DNA of 64,000 bases. It comes from a virus. Under the pieces are notes generated by a model. The model worked only from the letters and a program-made list of their open reading frames with translations. It had not been told where the DNA came from and made no database searches. Every line of letters starts with the position of its first letter. Within the stretch, counting starts at the first letter, position 1. Below, piece after piece: positions 48,101-56,253 of this stretch. Location: positions 1 to 64,000 of IMG/VR virus record IMGVR_UViG_3300037044_000228. One strand, given 5' to 3'. Made by a program: the position numbers and the translations under genes.

Positions 48101-48744
48101 TGCCGAAGACCCACCCGCAACATGCGCCGCTGCTCGCGACCGTGACCGCGCTCGACAGCTATCTCAAGCAGGCGCTCCCGGGATCGCGGCACTACTTCGA
48201 TCTGAGTGCGCAGAACTTCATGGTCACGCGCTCCGGCAAGATCGTGATGAACGATCCCGTCGAGGGCGGCGCGGCGATCCAGGCGCGCGCCATGGCGCCG
48301 AGCTTTCCCGCAGCGCCAGCGCGTGCGCCGGCGAGACCGAAGGCCGCTTCCGCGCCGCGTCCTGCAGCGGCGAACGCGGCTGCGGCTGCGGCCGCACAAC
48401 CAGCAGCACGGCCCGCACGCGCGACGCCCACGAAGGCCGAGCAAACGCGCGCGGCGCAGTTCCGCGCCTCGGCGGGCAACGGTCTGCCTGAGTGGATGAC
48501 CATGGGCACGCGGCCCGCGAAACTCGCGACGATGCGTTGGGCGGCGAAGGGCGATCCGGCGGCGATCGCGTCGCGACTGCGCTCCCTGCCGCGCGAGATC
48601 GACTTCCAGCGCCAGACGCTCGAGCGGGCGCCGAAGAGCCATCAAGCAGTGGAACGTCGTCGACTCGCGAAGCTGGAAGCCGAGCATGCCGCGTTGCGCG
48701 CCGCGCGATCGGCGTCGCGTGGCGGCGGCGGACCGGCGCGGTGA
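45151..48744 (+). CDS. portal protein with long C-terminal extension (acidic linker, cargo tag, kinase-like domain)
   Basis: First ~460 aa portal-like (WFGPLSPM, LEDLFVLDAP, YGYGPVEQI, ISLNEARAELG); later GFGVHGFW tag and LGRGRSKDVY...DLSAQNF...NDP. Confidence 0.88.
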   Translation: MMSSDAPRAQTGGRAFALSPTVVQVRFGDTPMMAPGAGNAAADWFGPLSPMKPAAPPFVTGRRFDYQSGYNLQTRARPGELGFDQLRAFADAYDILRLVIETRKSQMSRLKWAILPRARPDAATMKEVQTDHLNPICKQITDFLRRPDRRLFWNDWLRMALEDLFVLDAPAIWKRRNRAGQLYALEIIDGATIKPIITEAGRQPERGPAFQQILKGLPAVEYDSRDLMYLPLNRRPHKVYGYGPVEQIIMTVNIALKRQIWQLQHWTEGNLPQALIGVPESWTPEQISAFQTNFDDLHTGNMAERRRARFVPAASAKSYTPTHNDSEMFGRGEEWLARVVCYAMGVDPTPFIQSVNRATAESAAEEAIKDGIAPVQSWVKNLVDGVIIDEFGTNEVEFVWQDDTIADPEKLTKVICLQVESGLISLNEARAELGKTPVDHAAFNVPMVKTGVGYVPVEPPAQADGLGNMMGPGGENLGPAPAPGGFVGPGGEMLAPPEGAAAGGENVAPADDAGAEPGAGADAEPPPDDEPPEGGGPAGGGGALPGDNGGGGGPAPAAGDDEAAAAAAAMSDDDLAAVEEEMAAQGIDVADAGDGEAESQADLFAADEDRVVPAGAMTADQIDDGGDVRSETPGANVAPADVPGEGGAAGVEAEAAPTDEPGDGDDEPQPPRPPSKRDVRRAALDRLGALGALRRGEPAGDLAKAAERGADPGKNERGSARISRKKGGAPYGVNERGDWRDVKSPRMIRGTPRRAPDGSGPINRDEAALDEMFNRVTAEKEAARDRKARRAQQRMGGRRYLHPDRTASGRAEIVKGFGVHGFWNGTEPHRGGGGARGGSRRGAQAGVGGGAASGGAEAKIAAHRVAQRAAATIAASAAAAAPPRPSVGEGLTRLGRGRSKDVYAHPTNKNRVIVSMQRHAATEAFLDFSRAAHAAKAPIAQHLPNPSAIKVEAGGVTFQTARLQPNTTPVRIGRDENGFYLNGLPKTHPQHAPLLATVTALDSYLKQALPGSRHYFDLSAQNFMVTRSGKIVMNDPVEGGAAIQARAMAPSFPAAPARAPARPKAASAPRPAAANAAAAAAAQPAARPARATPTKAEQTRAAQFRASAGNGLPEWMTMGTRPAKLATMRWAAKGDPAAIASRLRSLPREIDFQRQTLERAPKSHQAVERRRLAKLEAEHAALRAARSASRGGGGPAR
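47593..47706 (+). repeat. cargo-tag repeat copy 1 (others at 49943-50002 and 56963-57076)
   Basis: Encodes KGFGVHGFWNGTEPHRGGGG; copies differ at synonymous positions. Confidence 0.95.
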
Positions 48745-48772
48745 GGAAAATTGCGCTAAACGCACATTTCTA

Positions 48773-48848
48773 ACGCGCGTTAACCAGTCGTCCACCACTG
48801 TCGCTGCATAAGGGCATCATGCGCAGCGTGCGACAGGGGCTAAGGCCT
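48773..48848 (+). repeat. 76-bp element, copy 2; putative promoter
   Basis: Matches 27219-27295. Confidence 0.85.
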
Positions 48849-49100
48849 CCCGCGCGGCGCAGTCCCCCAGAGAATCGAGCCGATCGCACCCAGCCCGCCG
48901 CGGAGCGCGCTGGCGTCGACGTTTGCGATCGAGCGCCCGCCGATCGGGGCACACACTTCGGCATGGCTGGTGACAGTTCCCGGCGCGACCGCGATCTGCG
49001 CCGCGTATGCAGGGATAAACCCGGCCTGCCGATCCTTACCGACGCGCGGCGTCCACTACGGCGACGTGAGGGCTTGCAGGTCCCTTTCGCGCCCAACGGT

Positions 49101-49250
49101 TTCTGCGGCGGCGTGGAAGGGAACACGCATCGGCCCGTGCGGTGACGTGCGGTGTTCGAGGGCCAAGGGCTCGCGTGGGCTGCTCTGCCCATAGAGCACG
49201 CGAGTAAGCCAGCTCCTTAGCCGGGGTAACGTCCGGCCCGTAGAATCCCA
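49101..49250 (+). ncRNA. tRNA-like ncRNA with enlarged central domain
   Basis: 8-bp acceptor TTCTGCGG/CCGTAGAA, D-like arm GCGTG/CACGC, T-like arm GCCGG/CCGGC, inner stems GGCCC/GGGCC and CTCGCGTG/CACGCGAG. Confidence 0.55.
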
Positions 49251-49279
49251 CACCCACACCTGACACACGCGAGGCGAAC

Positions 49280-50035
49280 ATGCGCAAGGATGCGACGTTC
49301 GCCGCCCCTGCGTCAGCGACCACCGGTCTCGCGGCGCACGATCTCGAGGGGCAGGGTCGCAATCAGCGACGGCTCGCGCGTCTCGCGGCGCGGCGTGCGG
49401 ATCCATCTTCGGGCGAGACGCGGATGGTGCTGCGTCCCGTCGCTGACGTGAACCCAATCACATCGGAAGTGTTCAACGATCTTGAGCCGCCGGAAGCGAT
49501 CACGCTCCGGCCGGGCTGGGATCCCATCTCCGAGATCCCGGTCGCCGACACCGACACCATCGTCGACGTAGTGAGCGCGCTCGAGCAGTGCGTGCCGGCA
49601 TGGCGCATACACCCTGAAACGCTCCCGCTCGTCGCGGTCCCGCGCGGCGAGATCGTCGCGCTGCAGGCGGGCGTGAAGGCCGAGAAGGTGGCGGGCATCC
49701 AGGCCAAGGCGGCGCGCGGCGACCGCAGCGGACCGCGACCGGTCGGCGTCCAGTTCAACGGGCGCACCTATGTGCGGGACGGCCACCACCGTACGATCGC
49801 GGAGCTCCGCGACGGCGCGAAGGCGGTCGAGATGCGCGTGGCGGTGATCGCCGAAGCCAAATCCCTTTCTACTCCTTCCGGGGGCAAAGACATGACCACG
49901 AGCGCGTTCGCGTCGGATATCAAGCGCGCGAGCGCCTTCGCCAAGGGTTTCGGCGTCCACGGCTTCTGGAACGGCACTGAGCCGCACCGGGGCGGCGGTG
50001 GCGGCGGCGCAGCGGACTCAGCGCGTGACGCGTGA
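49280..50035 (+). CDS. ParB/Srx-like domain protein running in frame into a cargo-tag leader (internal ATG 49892)
   Basis: YVRDGHHRTIA; C-terminal MTTSAFASDIKRASAFAKGFGVHGFW... Confidence 0.65.
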   Translation: MRKDATFAAPASATTGLAAHDLEGQGRNQRRLARLAARRADPSSGETRMVLRPVADVNPITSEVFNDLEPPEAITLRPGWDPISEIPVADTDTIVDVVSALEQCVPAWRIHPETLPLVAVPRGEIVALQAGVKAEKVAGIQAKAARGDRSGPRPVGVQFNGRTYVRDGHHRTIAELRDGAKAVEMRVAVIAEAKSLSTPSGGKDMTTSAFASDIKRASAFAKGFGVHGFWNGTEPHRGGGGGGAADSARDA

Positions 50036-51266
50036 AGTGCAGGATCTGGTGAACCGGCGCGCGAGCGGCGACAACCCTCTCGAGAACAAGCGCCCGGCGG
50101 ATTATGCCGAGCGCAAGGCGTTCGTCGACTCGATGGCGCGGGGCTCTGCGCGCGACAATGGCAGGGCGGAGACGCGAGCGCAGCGCGCCGAATCCCGGCA
50201 ACGGGCGATCGAGTCAGGACGTGCGAAGCCGTCAACGCAAGGGATACTTCCCAACCGGGGCGGTCAGCGCGCTATCGCCAACCAGGCGCGCCAGCAAGCG
50301 AAGGCCGATCGCGACGACCAGTTCCGGTCGGAGCACAACGCGGAGAGCGCGCTACGCTCGACGAGTTTCGGTCGCGGACGCGAGAGCGGTTCTGCGCGCC
50401 GGTCCGATGTCGAAGTGGCGTCCATCAATACCGCGGCAGCCACGCGCGCCGCGCGCAACGCCGAACGCCGCGAGCGCGTCGCCGACTATCTGCGCGAGCG
50501 TGGCGGGCGTCCGAAGCCGAAGAACGGCGGCGCCATCGAGAGCGCGGCGGTACGGATCGCGACACGCGAGAACGCGAAGCAGACCGCGCGCGCCGAGCAG
50601 CTGGAAGCGCGCGCCGAGAGCGCCCGGGCGCGCATGCAAGCCGCACCCGGCGGATCGTCACAGCGGATTCGTCTCAGCCAGGAGGCAGACCGGCTCAGGG
50701 CGCAGGCGCAACGCGCCCGCGATGCTGCGGAGAGCGCAGCGAACGTCGCTGGCCTTACGCGCGCGCCTGCGGCGGCGGCGCCGTCAACCGCGCCCACAAC
50801 GCCGGTGCGACTCCGCGATCTCGGTCTTACGACGACAGCGCCGGCAGCGGCGAGCGCTGCGCCAGCCGCTGGCGGCAAGTTCAACGTCCAGAGCGAACTC
50901 CGCCGGCTCGAAGAGGGCGGTGCGCCCGGCACTTACTCGCCGGCTCAACGGAGCGCACTCCGTCAAGAGATCAACGAGGCTTTGGCGAGCGCGAACAACC
51001 GTGTGACCATCGGACAAAGTGGCGACGGCGGTGGCGGACGGGCGGCGGCTCAGGCGCAACGTCTGCAACAAATCGAACGAGACCTCGCTAAACCTGCAAC
51101 CACCGTCACGCGCGCCGCCGACCGCGCGGTGGACCGCGCCGCAGCCAAGCATGGCGTCGACACCGACATCGCGCGCGGCATCGCGGACGTGGCGCGGCGC
51201 GCCAATCCGCGCGCGAGCAACCGCGAGATCGAACGCCAGATCCGCGAATACGCGGGCCAACAGTAG
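49998..51266 (+). CDS. Arg/Ala-rich helical protein; probably the frameshifted continuation of the tagged ORF
   Basis: No convincing RBS; removing one G near 50003 fuses it to the tag; shares F....ELxRLExGGAP with the 56909 ORF. Confidence 0.65.
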   Translation: MAAAQRTQRVTREVQDLVNRRASGDNPLENKRPADYAERKAFVDSMARGSARDNGRAETRAQRAESRQRAIESGRAKPSTQGILPNRGGQRAIANQARQQAKADRDDQFRSEHNAESALRSTSFGRGRESGSARRSDVEVASINTAAATRAARNAERRERVADYLRERGGRPKPKNGGAIESAAVRIATRENAKQTARAEQLEARAESARARMQAAPGGSSQRIRLSQEADRLRAQAQRARDAAESAANVAGLTRAPAAAAPSTAPTTPVRLRDLGLTTTAPAAASAAPAAGGKFNVQSELRRLEEGGAPGTYSPAQRSALRQEINEALASANNRVTIGQSGDGGGGRAAAQAQRLQQIERDLAKPATTVTRAADRAVDRAAAKHGVDTDIARGIADVARRANPRASNREIERQIREYAGQQ

Positions 51267-51382
51267 GCCGTAGTAGGCCGTAGGCAGCAAGCCGATCGCG
51301 GCGACGCCACCGCCACACACACACCAACAACCAGAAGGCAGCAAGGCCCCGCGCGACATGCGCGAGCCCATAGGAGAGCCGC

Positions 51383-53938
51383 ATGTCCAAGACCAATCTT
51401 GCCGTCGCAGCGCCGGCGCTCGCGATGTTCGTTCCCATCACGAAGGTCGATGAAGAAAAGCGCCTCGTCTATGGGCGCATCACGGCGGAAAGCGTCGACC
51501 GCTCGAACGAGATCCTCGACTATGCGGCGTCCAAGCCGCACTTCGAGAAGTGGTCGCAGGGCTTTTCCGATGCGACCGGCGGGAAGTCGAAGGGCAACCT
51601 GCGCGCGATGCACAAGAACGTGAGCGCGGGCAAGTTCACCGAGATCGTCTTCAACGACGACGCCAAGGAGATCCACGGCGTCGCGAAGGTGGTCGACGAT
51701 AACGAGTGGCAGAAGGTGCTCGAGGGCGTTTACACCGGTTTCTCGATCGGTGGAAAGTACGCCTCGCGCGCGCCCGACGCCGTGGAGAAGGGCAAGACCC
51801 GCTATGTGGCGCTGCCCGGTGAAGTGTCGCTCGTCGACACACCCTGCCTGCCGATCGCGACCTTCGAGTTCGTGAAGGCCGACGGCGCGTCCATGCAAAA
51901 GAACTTCGTGCCGTGGCAACCCGACAACAACACCCTGTCGGTGCGGGCGCGCGAGCTCGCCAAGGCCGCAGGCGATGAGACTGCGTGGCCCGACCACATC
52001 GGCGCCGCGCGCGAGGATCTGATCGCCAAGCGCTTCGCGGCATCGTCTGCCGAAGAGGGTGCGGCCCAGGAAAACCCCGCGACCGGCGCGGGCGGTGCGG
52101 GTGGCGAAGCGGCAGGCGAGGGCGCTGCAGCCGATGTCGCTGCTGCTGCGGCCGCTGCGGCGGACGTCGCCAAGCGCGATGAAGGTCCGAGCGCAGCCGA
52201 GCTTGGCGTGACGCAGGAATGGAAGGCCCCCGACGGGCAAGTCTTCCTTACAAAAGCCGATGCGATGCGCCATGCATCGTCCCTCAGCCGCAATCCCGTC
52301 GCCGATGCGCTCGCGCGCGCCGATGCGGTGATGAAGGGCACAGTCGTGGCGGGCGACTATGGCGATGTCGCCTACGCCGACACCGGACTTCTCAAGGACG
52401 CCAAGCCGCGCTTTCCCATCGACTGCCCGCTGAATGTGCGCGCCTCGTGGGCGCATTTCTGCAAGGGCGCCGGCGACATGGGCTACGCCGAAGCAGAACT
52501 CACCAAGATCGCGACCGCGATCGCAACCGCATGGGTGGACATCGTCAACCCGAACGGCCCGCCGTCGGTGGAGCAGATGGACGCCGTCGCCGATGTGGGC
52601 CTGTTTACCGATGCGCTCGCTGTGCTCGGCAAGCGCGCCTATCTCAACACGCGTGATGGCGGCGGGAACGGCAGCTACACCGGATCCATGGCGGAAGCCT
52701 GCAGCCCGTGGAGCCATCAAGGCACGGGTCTCAACTTCGTGCACCAGATCGCCTCACTCGTGAGCGATGCGGTGCGCGCGTCCAACCAGGCCGCGCAACT
52801 TGACGGCGAAGACAGCCCGATCGCAGCGCAGTCGCGCGACATGCTCGCGGCGACCGCGACGCTGCTCGCGGAAGCCACACACGGCGAAGTGGCGCGCATC
52901 CTCGACGAAGTGGAAGCGTTCGACGGCGATCCCGATGCGGAGGGCATGGAAGAGTTCGCCGACATGGAGGACGCCCAGAAGCTCGCGGCCGACATCGTCG
53001 ATCTCGTGAAGGCCGACGACGTGCTTCTCGATGCGATGGATGAGATCGCCGAGCAGCGCGAGGCTGGCTATCTCGTCAAGTTCCAGGAGTGCGTCGGCGC
53101 GCTTCCGGCCGACCGCAGCGACGACGCGGCGGACACGCTGGATCTCGTCGGCGGCGGGTTGAGCAAGATGGCGGACGCTGCGGCGCCGGCCTTCCTGTCA
53201 CGCGGCCTGCTCGCCATCGCGAAGATGAGCGATCACGTCGCGTCGTTCTCCGATCTCGTCGCCGGACTGCGCGAATCCGGTCTCGCAAAAGGGACCGACC
53301 CGCTTCTGGTGGCGAACGATATTGTGGAGACCCTCGGCCAGATCGTCATCGCCATGGCGCATGACGAAGTCGCCGAGATCCATGGCGAGATCGACGTCAC
53401 GAAACTCGATGCGGCGGACCAGTACGGCAAGGCGGCAGGCGAGCTCTTCGAACTCGTGAAGGCCGACACCGAAACACTTGAGAAGGTGGGCGCGCGCAAC
53501 AGCAAGACCGACAAGGCCATGATCCAGTCCATCCACGACTACGCCGAAAAGCTCGGCGCGGCGTGCGGCGTGGAGAAGGCCGCAGGCGGCGAGGGGGAGG
53601 GCGATCTAGCGAAGGCGGACGATCCGGTGAAGGCCGAGAACGCGGCGCTCAAGAAGAGCGTCGACGAAGCGGTCGAGGGCATCAAGAAGCTCACCGACAA
53701 ACTCGCCGAGCAGGACGCGACGATCAAGAAGCTGAGCGAACAGCCGCAGCAGGGCGGACCGGTGCGCACCGATTTGAACAAGGGCGGCGGTGGCGCAAGC
53801 GGCGTCGATCAAGAGCAGCTGACCGCGTACCTCGCGAAGTTCGCGAAGATGACGCCCGATCAACAGGCGACTGAAGTCATCAAGATGCAGCAGCTGCAGC
53901 CGCAGTCGTTCACCGCGCGCATGGCCCCGGCAGGCTGA
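51383..53938 (+). CDS. prohead serine protease (XkdF/HK97-like) fused to scaffold region
   Basis: KRLVYG...NLRAMH...AGK...YTGFSIGG...EVSLVDTPC; long acidic helical C-terminus. Confidence 0.85.
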   Translation: MSKTNLAVAAPALAMFVPITKVDEEKRLVYGRITAESVDRSNEILDYAASKPHFEKWSQGFSDATGGKSKGNLRAMHKNVSAGKFTEIVFNDDAKEIHGVAKVVDDNEWQKVLEGVYTGFSIGGKYASRAPDAVEKGKTRYVALPGEVSLVDTPCLPIATFEFVKADGASMQKNFVPWQPDNNTLSVRARELAKAAGDETAWPDHIGAAREDLIAKRFAASSAEEGAAQENPATGAGGAGGEAAGEGAAADVAAAAAAAADVAKRDEGPSAAELGVTQEWKAPDGQVFLTKADAMRHASSLSRNPVADALARADAVMKGTVVAGDYGDVAYADTGLLKDAKPRFPIDCPLNVRASWAHFCKGAGDMGYAEAELTKIATAIATAWVDIVNPNGPPSVEQMDAVADVGLFTDALAVLGKRAYLNTRDGGGNGSYTGSMAEACSPWSHQGTGLNFVHQIASLVSDAVRASNQAAQLDGEDSPIAAQSRDMLAATATLLAEATHGEVARILDEVEAFDGDPDAEGMEEFADMEDAQKLAADIVDLVKADDVLLDAMDEIAEQREAGYLVKFQECVGALPADRSDDAADTLDLVGGGLSKMADAAAPAFLSRGLLAIAKMSDHVASFSDLVAGLRESGLAKGTDPLLVANDIVETLGQIVIAMAHDEVAEIHGEIDVTKLDAADQYGKAAGELFELVKADTETLEKVGARNSKTDKAMIQSIHDYAEKLGAACGVEKAAGGEGEGDLAKADDPVKAENAALKKSVDEAVEGIKKLTDKLAEQDATIKKLSEQPQQGGPVRTDLNKGGGGASGVDQEQLTAYLAKFAKMTPDQQATEVIKMQQLQPQSFTARMAPAG

Positions 53939-54105
53939 GCGCTACCGGCTGACGCCATCCACCCGATCAACCGCACAACCAGACGACCGCGCGCGCCGGT
54001 GATGCCGGCGCACGCGCACCGAGAACCAGCGCCACCCGGCGCCGGCCCATCCCATCGGCAGGGGGACTGCCGAAACAACCATCAACACGACGACAGGAGA
54101 CGATC

Positions 54106-55626
54106 ATGCCCGATGGGATGACGACGATCGAACAACCGACGAACGCCATGGAGGCGATTCTCGCGGTTCTCGCGAAGGCCAATGAGATCACCGACCCGCG
54201 CATGGCGCACCTGAACCTCGCCAAAGCGACGTTCGGCCAGGCGGGCGGACCGACGACCGGTCTCACTTTCTACGATCTCGAGCCGGGCGCAAAGCTCATG
54301 TACCCGGTGCTCACGCCGCTCCGTAACGCCATCCCCCGCGTGAGCGGAAAGGGCGGCGTCGAGGCGTCGTGGCGCGCGATCACGGCCATCAACACGCAGA
54401 ATATCCAGATCGGCGTGTCGCAGGGCCACCGTGGCGGCGTGGTCGCCGTGCAGACGAAAGACTACACCGCCGCCTATCGCGGCATCGGCACGGAAGCGTC
54501 CGTCAACTTCGAGGCGCAATACGCAGGGCAGGGCTTCGAGGACATTCGTGCGCTTGGCGCGCGGACCGGTCTCGAGTCCCTCATGCTCGGCGAAGAAGCG
54601 GTCATCCTCGCGGGCAACGGCGGCAACACGTTCGGCGTGACGCCGACGCCTGTCTGCGTCGGCTCCAACACCGGCGGCTTCCTCGCCAACGCCGCCTACA
54701 ACGTCTATTGCGTCGCGCTGACCTATGCCGGTTATGTCGCGTCGACAGTGGCGAGCGGCGTTGTGGGCCAGGTCACGCGCACGAACGCCGACGGCTCCAC
54801 CGACACGTTCGGCGGCGGCTCGGCGAACAAGTCCGTTGCGGGCACGGCGACGATCTCCGGCGGCGGCGTCGGCAAGATCACCGCGACGCTTACCGGCGTC
54901 CCCGGCGCTTCGGGCTACGCATGGTTCTGGGGCACGGCGGGCAGCGAACTGCTGGGCGCGATCACGACGGTTCCCACTGTCGTCATCAACGCGGCAGCGA
55001 CCGGTTCGCAGAACGCTTCGGCGATCACGGGTGACAACTCCGTCAACTCGACGATCTTCTCGGGCATGATCCAGATCGCGGCCACGTCGGGCTCGGGCTC
55101 GTATGTCAAGGATCTCGGCGGTGCGGGCTTCACGTCCGACAACGCCGGCGGCATCGTCGAAATCGACGATATGCTCAAGCACTTCTGGGACAACTATCGT
55201 CTGTCCCCCGATGAACTGTGGGTCTCCGCTCAGGAGCTCAACAACATCGGCAAGAAGATCCTCGGCGCGGGCGGCGCTGGCACCGGTGCGTTCCGCATCA
55301 ACATCAACCAGAGCCAGGGTGCGATCGGCGGCGGCATCGCCGTGGCGTCGTACCTCAACAAGTTCAGCATGGCGGGCGCGAAAGTGCTCGACATCAAGCT
55401 GCACCCGAACATGGCTCCCGGCATGGTCTTGGCGGTGACGAAGCGGCTCCCGTATCCGCTCTCCGACGTCAACAACCTGATGCAGATCCGCTGCCGTCAG
55501 GACTACTACCAGATCGAATGGCCGCTCATCACGCGCCAGTACCAGTACGGCGTCTATGCGGACGAAGTGCTGCAGCACTACTTCCCGCCGTCCCTGGGCA
55601 TCATCCAGGGCGTCGGCAACCTCTAG
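54106..55626 (+). CDS. major capsid protein
   Basis: Follows protease; GLTFYDLEPGAKLMYPVLTPLRNAIPRV...YQYGVYADEVLQHYFP; AGGAG RBS. Confidence 0.85.
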   Translation: MPDGMTTIEQPTNAMEAILAVLAKANEITDPRMAHLNLAKATFGQAGGPTTGLTFYDLEPGAKLMYPVLTPLRNAIPRVSGKGGVEASWRAITAINTQNIQIGVSQGHRGGVVAVQTKDYTAAYRGIGTEASVNFEAQYAGQGFEDIRALGARTGLESLMLGEEAVILAGNGGNTFGVTPTPVCVGSNTGGFLANAAYNVYCVALTYAGYVASTVASGVVGQVTRTNADGSTDTFGGGSANKSVAGTATISGGGVGKITATLTGVPGASGYAWFWGTAGSELLGAITTVPTVVINAAATGSQNASAITGDNSVNSTIFSGMIQIAATSGSGSYVKDLGGAGFTSDNAGGIVEIDDMLKHFWDNYRLSPDELWVSAQELNNIGKKILGAGGAGTGAFRININQSQGAIGGGIAVASYLNKFSMAGAKVLDIKLHPNMAPGMVLAVTKRLPYPLSDVNNLMQIRCRQDYYQIEWPLITRQYQYGVYADEVLQHYFPPSLGIIQGVGNL

Positions 55627-55809
55627 GCAGGGGTGTTCGGTGCGCGCGGGTTTCGATCACCCGCGCGCACATTCACAACGATAAGGCCCGCCGCCGCCAC
55701 GCGGCGGGCCGATCGTCGGGGCAAACCCGGCGATCGGAACGTGGCGCAAAGGGACTGTCCAATCATTTCCGGCCGCAGCGGCAGACCGCGCGCCGATAGG
55801 AACCACACC

Positions 55810-56166
55810 ATGAAAATCCAGACTCCCGAAGGCTTCTCCGGCGCGAGCTACGAGCATGCGCGCTACACTGCGGACGAGAACGGTGTGATGACAGTCGACG
55901 TGCCCGCGCATGCGCAGCACTTCCTCACGCACCCGGCCTATGGCGGATCGTTTACGCCCTACATTCCGCCCGCCGAACCGGTGGTTCCGGCAGCGCCCGC
56001 GCCTGCCGTTTCAGCGGCTCCCGCCGGCGCGCACTTCGACGCGTCCGGCGCGGGCGATACCGCCGGTGACGGCGACGGCGCGGGCGAAGCCGCGGGCGAG
56101 GGCGGCGCAGGCGATGGCGGCGAAACACCGAACACCGGCGGACGCAAGGCCAAGGCGAAGACCTGA
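55810..56166 (+). CDS. small head-associated protein
   Basis: MKIQTPEGF...YTADENGVMTV with low-complexity tail. Confidence 0.55.
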   Translation: MKIQTPEGFSGASYEHARYTADENGVMTVDVPAHAQHFLTHPAYGGSFTPYIPPAEPVVPAAPAPAVSAAPAGAHFDASGAGDTAGDGDGAGEAAGEGGAGDGGETPNTGGRKAKAKT

Positions 56167-56253
56167 GCCAAACGCGACACCAAACACCAACCGACGCGCC
56201 GGGCCGTGGAGTGATCTGCGGTCCGGCCTCGTGCGCACTGCGAAGAGGGCGTC

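Noticed and set aside
45136-55578. Long antisense ORFs (e.g. 45136-47637, 51050-52744, 54082-55578) and many other alternative-frame ORFs
   Set aside because: Shadow frames of GC-rich genes; Arg/Ala-rich with no motifs or RBS.
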